Of a stretch of DNA of 64,000 nucleotides, positions 19,129 through 28,499 are shown piece by piece (the first letter of the stretch is position 1; each line of letters starts with the position of its first letter). A model generated the notes under the pieces. It saw only the letters and a list, made by a program, of their open reading frames with translations. It searched no databases and was not told the origin of the DNA. The position numbers and the translations under genes were made by a program. Origin of the DNA: an uncultured Staphylococcaceae bacterium (GTDB lineage: Bacteria > Bacillota_I > Bacilli_A > RFN20 > CAG-826); NCBI GenBank assembly GCA_964639215.1, contig CAZXCV010000006.1:410-64409 (forward strand). Reading direction: 5' to 3'.

Positions 19129-20418
19129 ATGAAAACCTCACTATTGCACAACCGAAATTTTTTATTGTTATACTTTGGCCGTTTGGTTTCTAACTTCGGC
19201 AATATTTTTTATAACTTTGCGATTGCCTGGTTCATCTTAAGTTTAACCGCTTCACCATCACAAAGTGCTCTTTATATGGCTTTTGGAGCATTGGTTTATT
19301 TCATTTTAGCGCCATTTGGTGGTGTCCTCTCTGATCGTTGGGACCGTGTCAAAATTGTCTACATTACTGACTTCATCCGTGGTGCCTCAATCTCTATGGC
19401 CGGGCTCGTAATCATGTTTAATGGCGTAATCAATCTTGGGGGGTGGCAGCTTGATTTTGGAGCTGATGGATTCAAGATTGCAATTTTATATGTCACTTCA
19501 TTCATCATCTCAGTCAACGGTGCCCTCTTCGCTCCGGCGGTGACCACTTTAACCCCATATATTGTTGGTCCCGACGAACTACAAAAAGCAAATGCCTCAC
19601 TGCATGCGCAAAATGCGCTGATTAATATCGTCGGCACAATTACCGCAGCCGCGTTATATGCTTTGTTAGGCATCGGTTGGATTTTTATCATTAACGGCAT
19701 TGCATATATTGGTTCCGCCATTTCTGAAATATTTATCACGGTCAAAACAAAAGAAAATGTCACTTCACCTTTAACTGTTAAAAATGTGTTTATCGATATG
19801 GGTCATGGTTTTCGCTACCTATTCAGAAATCGTGGTTTATTAGTGTTCACAATCGTCGCGATTATTATCAATTTCTTCATTGCTCCAATCTTTTCAATTG
19901 GACTTCCCTTTTTGTATAATCAAGTTCTCGAAACAGAACCGATTTTTTATTCACTTGTCGGTGTGTTAATGTCGGTTGGAACTATCGTCATGTCGCTTAT
20001 TTATACACTAATTAAGCAGCGCGATAAAATGTATCGCTTCATTATGATTGGCTTTACGTTATGGATTCCACTTCTGATGGCACAAGCATTGTTGGTCTAT
20101 TTAGTAACTCATCAAGTTATCTCATTCGGTCTATTCTTTGGATTAAGTATTTCCATTGCTTTTCTTGATGGAATTATTTCTGTTTTTATCAACACTCCAA
20201 TTGGGGTCACATTTCAAAAATATGTCCCTCGTGAGATGCTCGGACGCGTGATGTCAATGCTAGATACAGTTGTCGCTGGACTGATGCCGCTAGCAACTGC
20301 ACTTGGTGGTTTGTTTTTAGAATATCGTCCTGTCCATGAACTATACATAATAGGCGCTTTGGGCTTTGTGATTGGAGCCAGCATCTTTTTCAGTAGCAAG
20401 AGCGTGCGGGAACTTTAA
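19129..20418 (+). CDS. MFS transporter
   Basis: About 430 aa with 12 predicted TM helices. The listed ORF starts at 19087; MKTSLL at 19129 is the likely start. Confidence 0.65.
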   Translation: MKTSLLHNRNFLLLYFGRLVSNFGNIFYNFAIAWFILSLTASPSQSALYMAFGALVYFILAPFGGVLSDRWDRVKIVYITDFIRGASISMAGLVIMFNGVINLGGWQLDFGADGFKIAILYVTSFIISVNGALFAPAVTTLTPYIVGPDELQKANASLHAQNALINIVGTITAAALYALLGIGWIFIINGIAYIGSAISEIFITVKTKENVTSPLTVKNVFIDMGHGFRYLFRNRGLLVFTIVAIIINFFIAPIFSIGLPFLYNQVLETEPIFYSLVGVLMSVGTIVMSLIYTLIKQRDKMYRFIMIGFTLWIPLLMAQALLVYLVTHQVISFGLFFGLSISIAFLDGIISVFINTPIGVTFQKYVPREMLGRVMSMLDTVVAGLMPLATALGGLFLEYRPVHELYIIGALGFVIGASIFFSSKSVREL

Positions 20419-20443
20419 CCGTGGTTCTTGGTGAGCGTAACCT

Positions 20444-20471
20444 TTGAGAAAATAGCTATTTATGATATAAT
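20444..20471 (+). promoter_or_regulatory. Sigma-A type promoter of dps (TTGAGA-16nt-TGaTATAAT)
   Basis: -35 at 20444-20449. Extended -10 at 20463-20471. RBS AAAGGAG at 20482-20488. Confidence 0.45.
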
Positions 20472-20497
20472 TTAATAAGTAAAAAGGAGAATTTAAC

Positions 20498-20932
20498 ATG
20501 AAAAAACTACACAATTTATTAGATGTCCATGTCGCCAACTTTAGCGTGCTTTTCACGAAATTGCACCACTTCCATTGGTTTGTTGAGGGTCCACAATTTT
20601 TTGCCCTCCACGGCAAATTCGAAGAATTATACGATGAAATTAATGAACTTTACGATGCATTCGCTGAACGGCTGATCACGATTGGTGGACGCCCAGCCAG
20701 CACCTTAAAAGAATACCTCGCGAAAGCAACACTAAAAGAAGCGAGTGGCGAAGTTTCCGCGAAAGAAATGTTAGCATCACTCATTAAAGACATGGAAGCA
20801 TTAGTCGTCTCATTAAAAGAATTAACAAAAGTCGCTCAAGACGAGGGCGATGAAGCAACCGCTGATTTAGCGATCGGAACGATTTCTGAATTTGAGAAAA
20901 CACTCTGGATGTTGCACGTTACTGCCAAGTAA
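20498..20932 (+). CDS. dps: Dps family DNA-binding ferritin-like protein
   Basis: 144 aa. HWFVEGPQFFALH and the ferroxidase-site residue pattern. Confidence 0.8.
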   Translation: MKKLHNLLDVHVANFSVLFTKLHHFHWFVEGPQFFALHGKFEELYDEINELYDAFAERLITIGGRPASTLKEYLAKATLKEASGEVSAKEMLASLIKDMEALVVSLKELTKVAQDEGDEATADLAIGTISEFEKTLWMLHVTAK

Positions 20933-20956
20933 TAATATTTGAAATCTAGGTCAACC

Positions 20957-20983
20957 AAAGGCGCATCATTGCGCCTTTTTCTT
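20957..20983 (+). terminator. Rho-independent terminator after dps
   Basis: AAGGCGCA-TCAT-TGCGCCTT followed by TTTTCTT. Confidence 0.65.
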
Positions 20984-21096
20984 AATTGTCAAACTTAATA
21001 TTGTTTCATCGTATGCACCTATTAACTAATAATCACATTAATTGCATGTGCTCACTCCTTTTTTTATACTGAAATCAGAAAAAGGAGGTACGCCAC

Positions 21097-21423
21097 ATGT
21101 TGCTGACGGGAACTAGTAATATCGACTGGGTACCACTAACTATTTTTGCATTAATCGTTGCCATCATCGTGTTCGTGCTTGGACGCGTTTTGTTTAAGAA
21201 AAAACCAGGTTATATCTTTGCGATTCCTGGATTGTTAACATTAATCGGCGGCGTTTTTATGACGATTGGGATTTTTACTAATTCTGTTGAGATGATTTAC
21301 TTTTTCTTTTGGGGTGTTCTCATTTTATTAGCGGCTGCCGGTAGTGTAATTGGTGCGCTTATTTTTTTCTTTATAGTGCATAAGAAAAATCAAACTAAAA
21401 ACATCGATGAGGTGCCTTTTTGA
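21097..21423 (+). CDS. Small membrane protein (3 TM), unknown
   Basis: 108 aa. RBS AAAGGAGG 7 nt upstream. Confidence 0.4.
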   Translation: MLLTGTSNIDWVPLTIFALIVAIIVFVLGRVLFKKKPGYIFAIPGLLTLIGGVFMTIGIFTNSVEMIYFFFWGVLILLAAAGSVIGALIFFFIVHKKNQTKNIDEVPF

Positions 21424-21425
21424 TT

Positions 21426-22235
21426 TTATAGTGATTTAAAAGCATCCGGCAAACATTCAATGATATCGCTCGCAATCATACTCTCTTCGCCATATTTCTC
21501 TTTGGCATAAGCACCAGCTTTTTGATGAAGATAGACACCGAGTTTACAAGCATCAAGTGGCGTTAAATGTTGTCCGAGTTTCGCTAAGATAATCCCAGAT
21601 AAGACATCACCACTTCCAGCCGTGGCCATGCCTGGATTTCCAGCACTAGCGACATAACCAAGGTGTCGTGAAGTAATATGAACTTCATGGTCTTTAAGAA
21701 CAACCGTGATTTTTTTATGAGTCAGCATCGAAAGATGATCATGTGGACGATCAGTCTCTAGCAGTTGGCTTGCTTCACCAGCGTGGGGGGTGATCACGAT
21801 GTTACAACCATCAATAATTTCACCGAGTAGTTGCTTCAAGGTAACAAGACCAGAAGCATCAACGATGATGGGTTTGCCAAGTTCTAATAATAATTTCAAT
21901 ACTTGGATGTTTAAATCATCATATGGATTCAGTCCCGGGCCAAATAGCGCTGCATCCATATTGTGCAAGAGCGGTTTTAATTCATCAAGTGTTCGGTAAG
22001 GATGAACCATCAGTTCATCGATGTGTTTGGGAACATGATTATATAAATCAGACGGGACAACGAGGTGGACCAGCCCAGCACCACTGCGATAAGATGCCCG
22101 TGCACTTAATAGCGGAGCGCCAAGATAGCCAATGCTACCACCAAAAATAAAGACGTTACCATAGTCGTATTTGTGGCTGACAATCGGTCTTCTTTTAATT
22201 TTTGGCAGACGTTTTCGCGTCAGTTTCAGGTACAT
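21426..22235 (-). CDS. nnrD: ADP/ATP-dependent NAD(P)H-hydrate dehydratase (YjeF C-terminal domain)
   Basis: 269 aa. GGSIGYLGAPLLSARASYRSGAG and the GSGDVLSGII motif. Confidence 0.7.
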   Translation of the reverse strand: MYLKLTRKRLPKIKRRPIVSHKYDYGNVFIFGGSIGYLGAPLLSARASYRSGAGLVHLVVPSDLYNHVPKHIDELMVHPYRTLDELKPLLHNMDAALFGPGLNPYDDLNIQVLKLLLELGKPIIVDASGLVTLKQLLGEIIDGCNIVITPHAGEASQLLETDRPHDHLSMLTHKKITVVLKDHEVHITSRHLGYVASAGNPGMATAGSGDVLSGIILAKLGQHLTPLDACKLGVYLHQKAGAYAKEKYGEESMIASDIIECLPDAFKSL

Positions 22236-23511
22236 GATGTAAACCTTCCAGTACCTTTATTTTATACAATTCTTCAACGGCAAAGTGCAATTTTGTAACA
22301 CTAAATGATTGATCAACACTATAAAGATAATATGTATCATGAAGTGTCGACACACTAAAACCATCACCTTTACCAAAATATTCATATTCAATATGTACAC
22401 TATAATTCTCTAAGGGACCTTTATTTAAAGCAAATGGCGTTCCATTAAACATCCCACTTAAATTGAATCCTGTCAAATCATGATGGAACTTAGCAGTGCC
22501 AAGTCGATAATATCCCGTTTCATTTTGAAGAATATCGACGTGGACATCGCTTTCAATCCGATAACTTCCATCTTTAATTTGCTTGGCTACTTGGGAACGT
22601 TCCCATTCATACCAATCGGGAATATGGGAGAACTCTGTTTTACCATTATTAGAGGCGAGTTGCCCATATTCATCCATGATGTACTCTGCCCCACACGATT
22701 TGCAGGCGAGACTCGATCCCGATGATGACATCTTGCCTTCCGCCTTGCAGCGTGGACATTGATATAGAATCTTATGGATTCCTTCTGCCCGCCACGGTTC
22801 CTTAATCCGTAGCTGCTGTTCTTTTTGATATTGATAATCATCATAAGTAAATGCTTGACGGATTTTTTCATTGAGCTCAGCAACTGAAAAGGTTTGTGTG
22901 TCTTCCTTCGTAAAAATAAGTGAGAAATCCGCACTTGTAGCAACTTTTCGTTTTTTTAAATTCCAGACAGGTTGCTGCAGATGGTGACCATGACATATAA
23001 GTGTGACAACAGGAACTTTTAAGAGTTTCACCATTTTTCCAAGACTTTCAGGTAATATTGCCGTGGTGCCCGTTAATGAATAGCGAGCCTCTGGATATAC
23101 CGCGCAAATGTAATGATTATGCTCAAGACTATGTTTAATCTTTTTGATAAGCGGTGCATCTGGGACAAATTTTCGCTTTAAAACACAGCCGACATTCCGC
23201 AACAACTGTTCGCGATTAATGAAGCCATCAATCGCCACAATATAATTGGCTATATGTGGAAATAATGCGCGCGTTGCGACTTTAAAATCAAAGAAACTGT
23301 TGTGATTGCATAACAATAGATACGGTGGCTTGATGCCATCCATCTTATGTTTACGAATTTTCACATGATATTTCAATGTCTCTGGATACGCTAATAACCA
23401 TGCAAGTGGACGCAAAAACCATTTAGCCCGTCTGGGCATTTCATTCATATCCCAGCTTTTCATTTTTTTAACTTCTTCAAGTGTCGCGTATTTTACTTCA
23501 CTAATTTTCAT
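22195..23511 (-). CDS. PlsC-family (lysophospholipid) acyltransferase with C-terminal extension and Cys4 zinc ribbon
   Basis: HX4D motif CNHNSFFD, second motif VYPEARYS, CPRCK...CKSCG ribbon. Confidence 0.6.
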   Translation of the reverse strand: MKISEVKYATLEEVKKMKSWDMNEMPRRAKWFLRPLAWLLAYPETLKYHVKIRKHKMDGIKPPYLLLCNHNSFFDFKVATRALFPHIANYIVAIDGFINREQLLRNVGCVLKRKFVPDAPLIKKIKHSLEHNHYICAVYPEARYSLTGTTAILPESLGKMVKLLKVPVVTLICHGHHLQQPVWNLKKRKVATSADFSLIFTKEDTQTFSVAELNEKIRQAFTYDDYQYQKEQQLRIKEPWRAEGIHKILYQCPRCKAEGKMSSSGSSLACKSCGAEYIMDEYGQLASNNGKTEFSHIPDWYEWERSQVAKQIKDGSYRIESDVHVDILQNETGYYRLGTAKFHHDLTGFNLSGMFNGTPFALNKGPLENYSVHIEYEYFGKGDGFSVSTLHDTYYLYSVDQSFSVTKLHFAVEELYKIKVLEGLHHVPETDAKTSAKN

Positions 23512-23522
23512 AACTTCTCCCT

Positions 23523-24368
23523 TTACCGGCGATGCCGGAAAATGCCGGCGCCAAGACTAGAGCCGCCACCACCTTTGATTGCGACACCACTCGCTAGTGT
23601 GAATGCAAAGATGAATGTCCCGAATAATAATTTATCGACAATGGACCCATATGATGAGAAAAAGTAATTAAAAACGGAAATTGATGAACTTGTATTGTAG
23701 AAGGAACCGCCAATAGAGTTATCAAAATAATCCTCGTACCATATTTCAAATTCCGCTTGAGGCATCACATATTCCGGCTTGTCATAAATTTCACCATAAG
23801 CGACATTCAGTAACTCATTCATCAATGTGGCGACACCCATACCTAAATCATAATCATAACTAATGACTGGCGTTCCATCGGGAACGTGATGTTGGATTGT
23901 TGCCTCTAACATTTGATAAAGGCGTATTGTGCCCATATATTCAGCAATTTTATCACCAGTTTCAATTTGCACTTCGGTAAGACTATAGTTACCAGCGTCG
24001 AATGGTTCTAACGGCAAAAAGTACAAAATAACGAGGACGCCCATGCCTTTCTTACCGACTTGCCATTCATTGAACCACGCATTTTTATCATAGTTGCCAA
24101 GTTCATCTTCGCTTTCAATCATCACCGTCGTTACGACAATTTGGATGCCACCAATTTCTGGTTCATCTTTGTATGTTTCATAAAGATCTTCACTTTCAGA
24201 AATCAAAAAGTTTTCAAGACGGGGTCCGAACATGTCGGCAAAATCACTGACATAGAAGGCTTCGCTTGGTCGTGGATATTCGGCGCCCGAACAACTGCGT
24301 ACGCCAAAAATAACGAGAAAAACGAGGGCACCAAGTGCTAGTAAGCTTCGAATGATAAATTTAATCAT
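23523..24368 (-). CDS. TPM domain protein (TLP18.3/Psb32/MOLO-1 fold), membrane-anchored, Gly-rich C-terminus
   Basis: N-terminal signal/TM, YVSDFADMF motif typical of TPM, C-terminal TM plus GGGGSSLGAG. Confidence 0.55.
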   Translation of the reverse strand: MIKFIIRSLLALGALVFLVIFGVRSCSGAEYPRPSEAFYVSDFADMFGPRLENFLISESEDLYETYKDEPEIGGIQIVVTTVMIESEDELGNYDKNAWFNEWQVGKKGMGVLVILYFLPLEPFDAGNYSLTEVQIETGDKIAEYMGTIRLYQMLEATIQHHVPDGTPVISYDYDLGMGVATLMNELLNVAYGEIYDKPEYVMPQAEFEIWYEDYFDNSIGGSFYNTSSSISVFNYFFSSYGSIVDKLLFGTFIFAFTLASGVAIKGGGGSSLGAGIFRHRR

Positions 24369-24393
24369 AAAAGGGGGTGCCTACAAGCGTAGA

Positions 24394-24957
24394 TTAGGCA
24401 GCCTCAGTTAATGACCAAAGTGGGTATTCAATTGTATAATCAAACATTTTGGCAAACAAAATCGTCGGGAATTTTTTAATGGTTGTATTAAATGCGGTCG
24501 CTTCGGCGTTATACGCTTCGCGGGCATTTTTTAAAGTTATCTCGCGTTGTTCAATCGTCGCCATGTAACCCATCACGACGTTATCGCCTTGGATTTCAGG
24601 ATTATCTTCAACGACGACGAGGAAGCTCGAATATGCGAGTGAAGTGCTCAAATCAGCTTCAAACAAGTCTTCAAATGTCAAAGAATCAAGCGCATCAGCA
24701 TAATCTGAGCGCGCATCGGTAATTTGTCCATAAATATCCGATTCATGGTCAAGATAGGTGTCAGCAGCGACCCACATCGTCTCGAGAATCGCATTACGCG
24801 CGGTCAATGCGGTGACGATATTTGCTCGTTTTAACTTCACTTGTTGATCAGCGGTGACGAGAGTATTATAGGTCGCCCACGTCATGATGCCAAAGATAAG
24901 GCCGAAGAGTACAATGATTGACGGAATCGCAATGGCAGCAATAGCTTTTATCTTCAT
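24394..24957 (-). CDS. LemA family protein
   Basis: About 187 aa. N-terminal TM then a coiled LemA-like domain. ATG at 24957 with AGGAGA RBS (the ORF extends to 24987). Confidence 0.6.
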   Translation of the reverse strand: MKIKAIAAIAIPSIIVLFGLIFGIMTWATYNTLVTADQQVKLKRANIVTALTARNAILETMWVAADTYLDHESDIYGQITDARSDYADALDSLTFEDLFEADLSTSLAYSSFLVVVEDNPEIQGDNVVMGYMATIEQREITLKNAREAYNAEATAFNTTIKKFPTILFAKMFDYTIEYPLWSLTEAA

Positions 24958-25068
24958 ATTTAATCTCCTAGGAATATGATAATACATTTATATTAAACAA
25001 AAAGAGAAATACTCACTATGAATTATTGAATTTTTTCTTGTTAAGATGATTCAGTTGTTCTCACCACG

Positions 25069-25425
25069 TTAAAACCAAAAGATGATCGAACTAATAATGG
25101 CGATGATAAAACAAAATAACGCTCCAAAATAAAGTGGATAGCGTCGCAAGCGTGTCTCATAGATGGCCGTTTGCGGTAGTGGCTGTTTGAAACTATTATG
25201 CGTATGGCGATAATAAGCGATATAAGCATCGCCAAGGATGTATCCTAATAGCGCTTCAATTATTCCAACGATCATAAAAAACCGCCCCAGTGGTAAAACT
25301 TGAAGCGTTGGAAACCATGGTGTTAATGCAATGACAACAAATTGACCATAGCCAATTAAAAAAGGTCCTAATACGAACATACTAGTTAAAGCGATGATGC
25401 GCGTACGATTAGACCATTTTTTCAT
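25069..25425 (-). CDS. Small membrane protein, unknown, immediately downstream of oppF
   Basis: About 118 aa with 3-4 TM. ATG at 25425 or TTG at 25434, abutting the oppF stop. Confidence 0.35.
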   Translation of the reverse strand: MKKWSNRTRIIALTSMFVLGPFLIGYGQFVVIALTPWFPTLQVLPLGRFFMIVGIIEALLGYILGDAYIAYYRHTHNSFKQPLPQTAIYETRLRRYPLYFGALFCFIIAIISSIIFWF

Positions 25426-25434
25426 ATTCGACAA

Positions 25435-26379
25435 TTACTTTAGGCGTTTTTTATATTCTTCTTGTTCTTGCTTATTCGCGTAAATCCAGTGATGTGGTGC
25501 AATTTCGATAAATTCGGGTTTATCCGTGTGGTAAGCATGTTGCCGTGGATCATAAATGACGTTTTTATGTTTATGTTCAAGCTCGGGATCAGGCAATGGA
25601 ATTGAAGCGAGCAATGACTTTGTGTATGGATGGAGTGGATGCTGGAATAATTCGAGTGAATCAGCAAGTTCGACAATACGGCCTTGGTAAATGACGGCGA
25701 TCCGATCGGCAATATATTTCACAACTGATAAATCGTGGGCAATGAAAAGCATCCCCATGTCAGTTTCTTTTTGATAGTCTTTGAGCAAGTTTAAAACTTG
25801 GGCGCGAATCGAGACATCGAGGGCGCTAATTGGTTCGTCAGCCACAATAAAACGCGGATGCATAATCAGTGCTCGGGCAATTCCGATACGTTGTCGTTGG
25901 CCACCGGAGAATTCATGTGGATAACGTGACAGATGTTCAGGTAGTAATCCGACGTTTAAAATCGAATCAATAATTTTTTGGCGTCGTTCATCTTTATCGC
26001 GATATAACCGATAATTATCAATTCCTTCAGATACGATATAGTCGACCGTTGCCCGTTCATTCAAACTTGAGGCGGGATCTTGGAAAATCATCTGGATATT
26101 TTCGTGAACGAATTGAAGTTCCTGCTTCGAAATTTTTCCTGAAATTCGTTTTCCTTCAAATAAAATCTTTCCTTTACGACATGGATTAATTCTAATAATC
26201 GCGCGACCGATTGTTGTTTTTCCAGAGCCGGATTCACCAACAAGTCCCAGGGTTTCGCCTGGAAATATTTTAAGATTACAGTCCATAACAACGGCTTTAT
26301 ATTGACCGCGATATAAAAAGCCAATCTCAACGTTTTGGAGTTCTAAAATGGGCTGTAGATCAAGATTATTTTTGCTCAT
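25435..26379 (-). CDS. oppF: Oligopeptide ABC transporter ATP-binding protein OppF
   Basis: Walker A GESGSGKTT, signature LSGGQRQR, C-terminal Opp-type extension. Confidence 0.8.
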   Translation of the reverse strand: MSKNNLDLQPILELQNVEIGFLYRGQYKAVVMDCNLKIFPGETLGLVGESGSGKTTIGRAIIRINPCRKGKILFEGKRISGKISKQELQFVHENIQMIFQDPASSLNERATVDYIVSEGIDNYRLYRDKDERRQKIIDSILNVGLLPEHLSRYPHEFSGGQRQRIGIARALIMHPRFIVADEPISALDVSIRAQVLNLLKDYQKETDMGMLFIAHDLSVVKYIADRIAVIYQGRIVELADSLELFQHPLHPYTKSLLASIPLPDPELEHKHKNVIYDPRQHAYHTDKPEFIEIAPHHWIYANKQEQEEYKKRLK

Positions 26380-27445
26380 TTTGGTCTAACTCCTTTGAAA
26401 TTTGTGAATATGAATACATTTTTTCATGTAGGTTTTGAATGGCCGAGGGTTTTTCTACTTGAGGGGCACGCTCATCAAGTAACCAAGTAGCGGCGTAATG
26501 TGTATCTGTGATTTTGACCATCGGCGGTTCTTCAAGAAAATCAATTTTCAAAGCGTAAGGGTTTCTCTGGGCAAAGGCATCACCAACGATAGTTTTAAAT
26601 AGTGATGGTGGCGCTCCAACGATTGAATAAAGTTTCGTGCCTTTTTCTCCTAGTTGCGGGAGTGACGATAATAGAGCCCAGGTATACGGGTGTGCTGGTT
26701 CATAAAAGATGTCGCGATTAGTCCCATATTCAATAATTTTGCCAGAATACATGACAGCGATGCGATCGGCCATTTTCGCAACAACACCTAAATCGTGCGT
26801 GATAAAAATGACTGAAAATTTATATTGTTTTTGCAGACTCTTAATTAAGTCGAGAATTTGCATTTGAATCGTCACGTCAAGCGCCGTTGTCGGTTCGTCG
26901 CAAATAAGAATCTCAGGACGACAAGCGAGGGCAATGGCGATGACGACGCGTTGCCGCATACCACCTGAATATTGGAAGGGATAATCGCGATACCGTTTGT
27001 CAGCATCTTGAATCCCAACTTCTTTTAATAGTTTAATTGCTTCTTGTTTCGCTTCAGCCCATGGCAAGTGACGGTATAAATGTAAAACCTCAGCGATTTG
27101 ATGGCCAATGCTAAGAAGCGGATTCAGCGAAGTCATTGGATCTTGGAAGATCATGGCGATTCGTTTGCCACGAATCGTTTGCCATTGGCGATTTGATTTA
27201 TAGCGGGTTAGTTCCGTCCCCATGAAATTAATCGATCCTGATGAAACTTTACCATTACTATCGAGCATGCCCGTCAATGTTTTGGTCAAGACAGATTTAC
27301 CAGAACCAGATTCACCGACAATCGCCAGTGTTTCATTTTCAAAAACTTCGAACGATACATCGCGAATCGCCGTTAAGATTTTTCCACGCACAGTAAATTG
27401 AACGTAAACATTGTTAACTGCTAAGATTGGTGTTTTTGTGCTCAT
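26366..27445 (-). CDS. oppD: Oligopeptide ABC transporter ATP-binding protein OppD
   Basis: [17 protein letters not shown]-terminal extension. 14 nt overlap with oppF. Confidence 0.8.
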   Translation of the reverse strand: MSTKTPILAVNNVYVQFTVRGKILTAIRDVSFEVFENETLAIVGESGSGKSVLTKTLTGMLDSNGKVSSGSINFMGTELTRYKSNRQWQTIRGKRIAMIFQDPMTSLNPLLSIGHQIAEVLHLYRHLPWAEAKQEAIKLLKEVGIQDADKRYRDYPFQYSGGMRQRVVIAIALACRPEILICDEPTTALDVTIQMQILDLIKSLQKQYKFSVIFITHDLGVVAKMADRIAVMYSGKIIEYGTNRDIFYEPAHPYTWALLSSLPQLGEKGTKLYSIVGAPPSLFKTIVGDAFAQRNPYALKIDFLEEPPMVKITDTHYAATWLLDERAPQVEKPSAIQNLHEKMYSYSQISKELDQNEQK

Positions 27446-27456
27446 GTATTTACCTC

Positions 27457-28494
27457 CTACCGATGGTTCTTGGGATCAGTCGCATCTGCTAGGTTGATAC
27501 CGAGCAAGAAAAACGCTAACGATAATAATGCGGCGACAATGGCCGGGAAAAACAATGTATGTGGGAAGTCCATGAACGTGGAATATCCCATCGTCATAAT
27601 CGAGCCAAGCGTAATATCAACTGTCGTATTGAAACCAAGGCCAAAATATGATAAACCGACTTCAGCCGTAATTACTCCAGGAATTGTATAAGAAATAACA
27701 GTGACGATGACGGAAACCAAATAGGGAAGCAAGTTATGAGTAATCATCTTAATCGGCCGTGATCCGAGTGATTTTGAGGCAAGATTATATTCACGGTTGG
27801 TAATGATGATGATTTGGTTACGAATAAAGCTAGCTAAGCCCATCCAACCAAATAGACACATAACGAAGACGAGGACGCCGAATGATGGGCGTAATACATA
27901 GATTAAAAGCATGTATAGGAGCATCTGTGGCACGTTATTGACGAAGTTACGTAATTCAACCATGATTGGGTCAATCCGGCGGAAATAACCCCAAAGCGAA
28001 CCAATAAGAATACCTAAGGCCACGTTAATGAAGGAAACGACAACCGCGAGACGAAGTGATAGATTGGTACCCCACCAGACTAACCGCCACAAATCGCCAC
28101 CCCAAGCATTAAATCCGAATGGATGTTGGAGAAAGAACGAAAATCTCGTCCAAAAATCGGCACCATCAAATAATAATCGGGCTTCAGCATAGCGTGTAGC
28201 TGGCGTATAATTCCATGGCACAAATGGTTCCCAGAGTCGATATTTTAACTGTAAATCGAAGAAATGTGATTTATAACTTAAATCCGATAGAGGAACAATA
28301 ACAGCAAAGCCAACGATTAATCCGATAATAATCAGTGCTGCAATTGCTGATGGTTTCTTAAAGAAAAGTCGGAAGACAGATCGCCAATAAGAGTATGGCT
28401 TCGCATCAAGTTTTTCAGATTCTTGTTGTTGCACCTCGACGCGTGCGAATAAATCAGCGATGGAATGTTGGTTATCTTTAATTGGAAATTTCAT
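27457..28494 (-). CDS. oppC: Oligopeptide ABC transporter permease OppC
   Basis: BPD-transporter fold. ATG at 28494 (the ORF's GTG at 28503 would overlap the oppB stop). Confidence 0.7.
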   Translation of the reverse strand: MKFPIKDNQHSIADLFARVEVQQQESEKLDAKPYSYWRSVFRLFFKKPSAIAALIIIGLIVGFAVIVPLSDLSYKSHFFDLQLKYRLWEPFVPWNYTPATRYAEARLLFDGADFWTRFSFFLQHPFGFNAWGGDLWRLVWWGTNLSLRLAVVVSFINVALGILIGSLWGYFRRIDPIMVELRNFVNNVPQMLLYMLLIYVLRPSFGVLVFVMCLFGWMGLASFIRNQIIIITNREYNLASKSLGSRPIKMITHNLLPYLVSVIVTVISYTIPGVITAEVGLSYFGLGFNTTVDITLGSIMTMGYSTFMDFPHTLFFPAIVAALLSLAFFLLGINLADATDPKNHR

Positions 28495-28499
28495 AACTA

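Noticed and set aside
19005-19202. 65 aa minus-strand ORF spanning the GNAT / MFS intergenic region
   Set aside because: It overlaps the ends of two convincing genes on the other strand and has no RBS.
20440-20480. PerR/Fur-type box overlapping the dps promoter (ttatgatataatttaataa)
   Set aside because: Only a weak resemblance to TTATAATnATTATAA. The AT-rich -10 region explains it.
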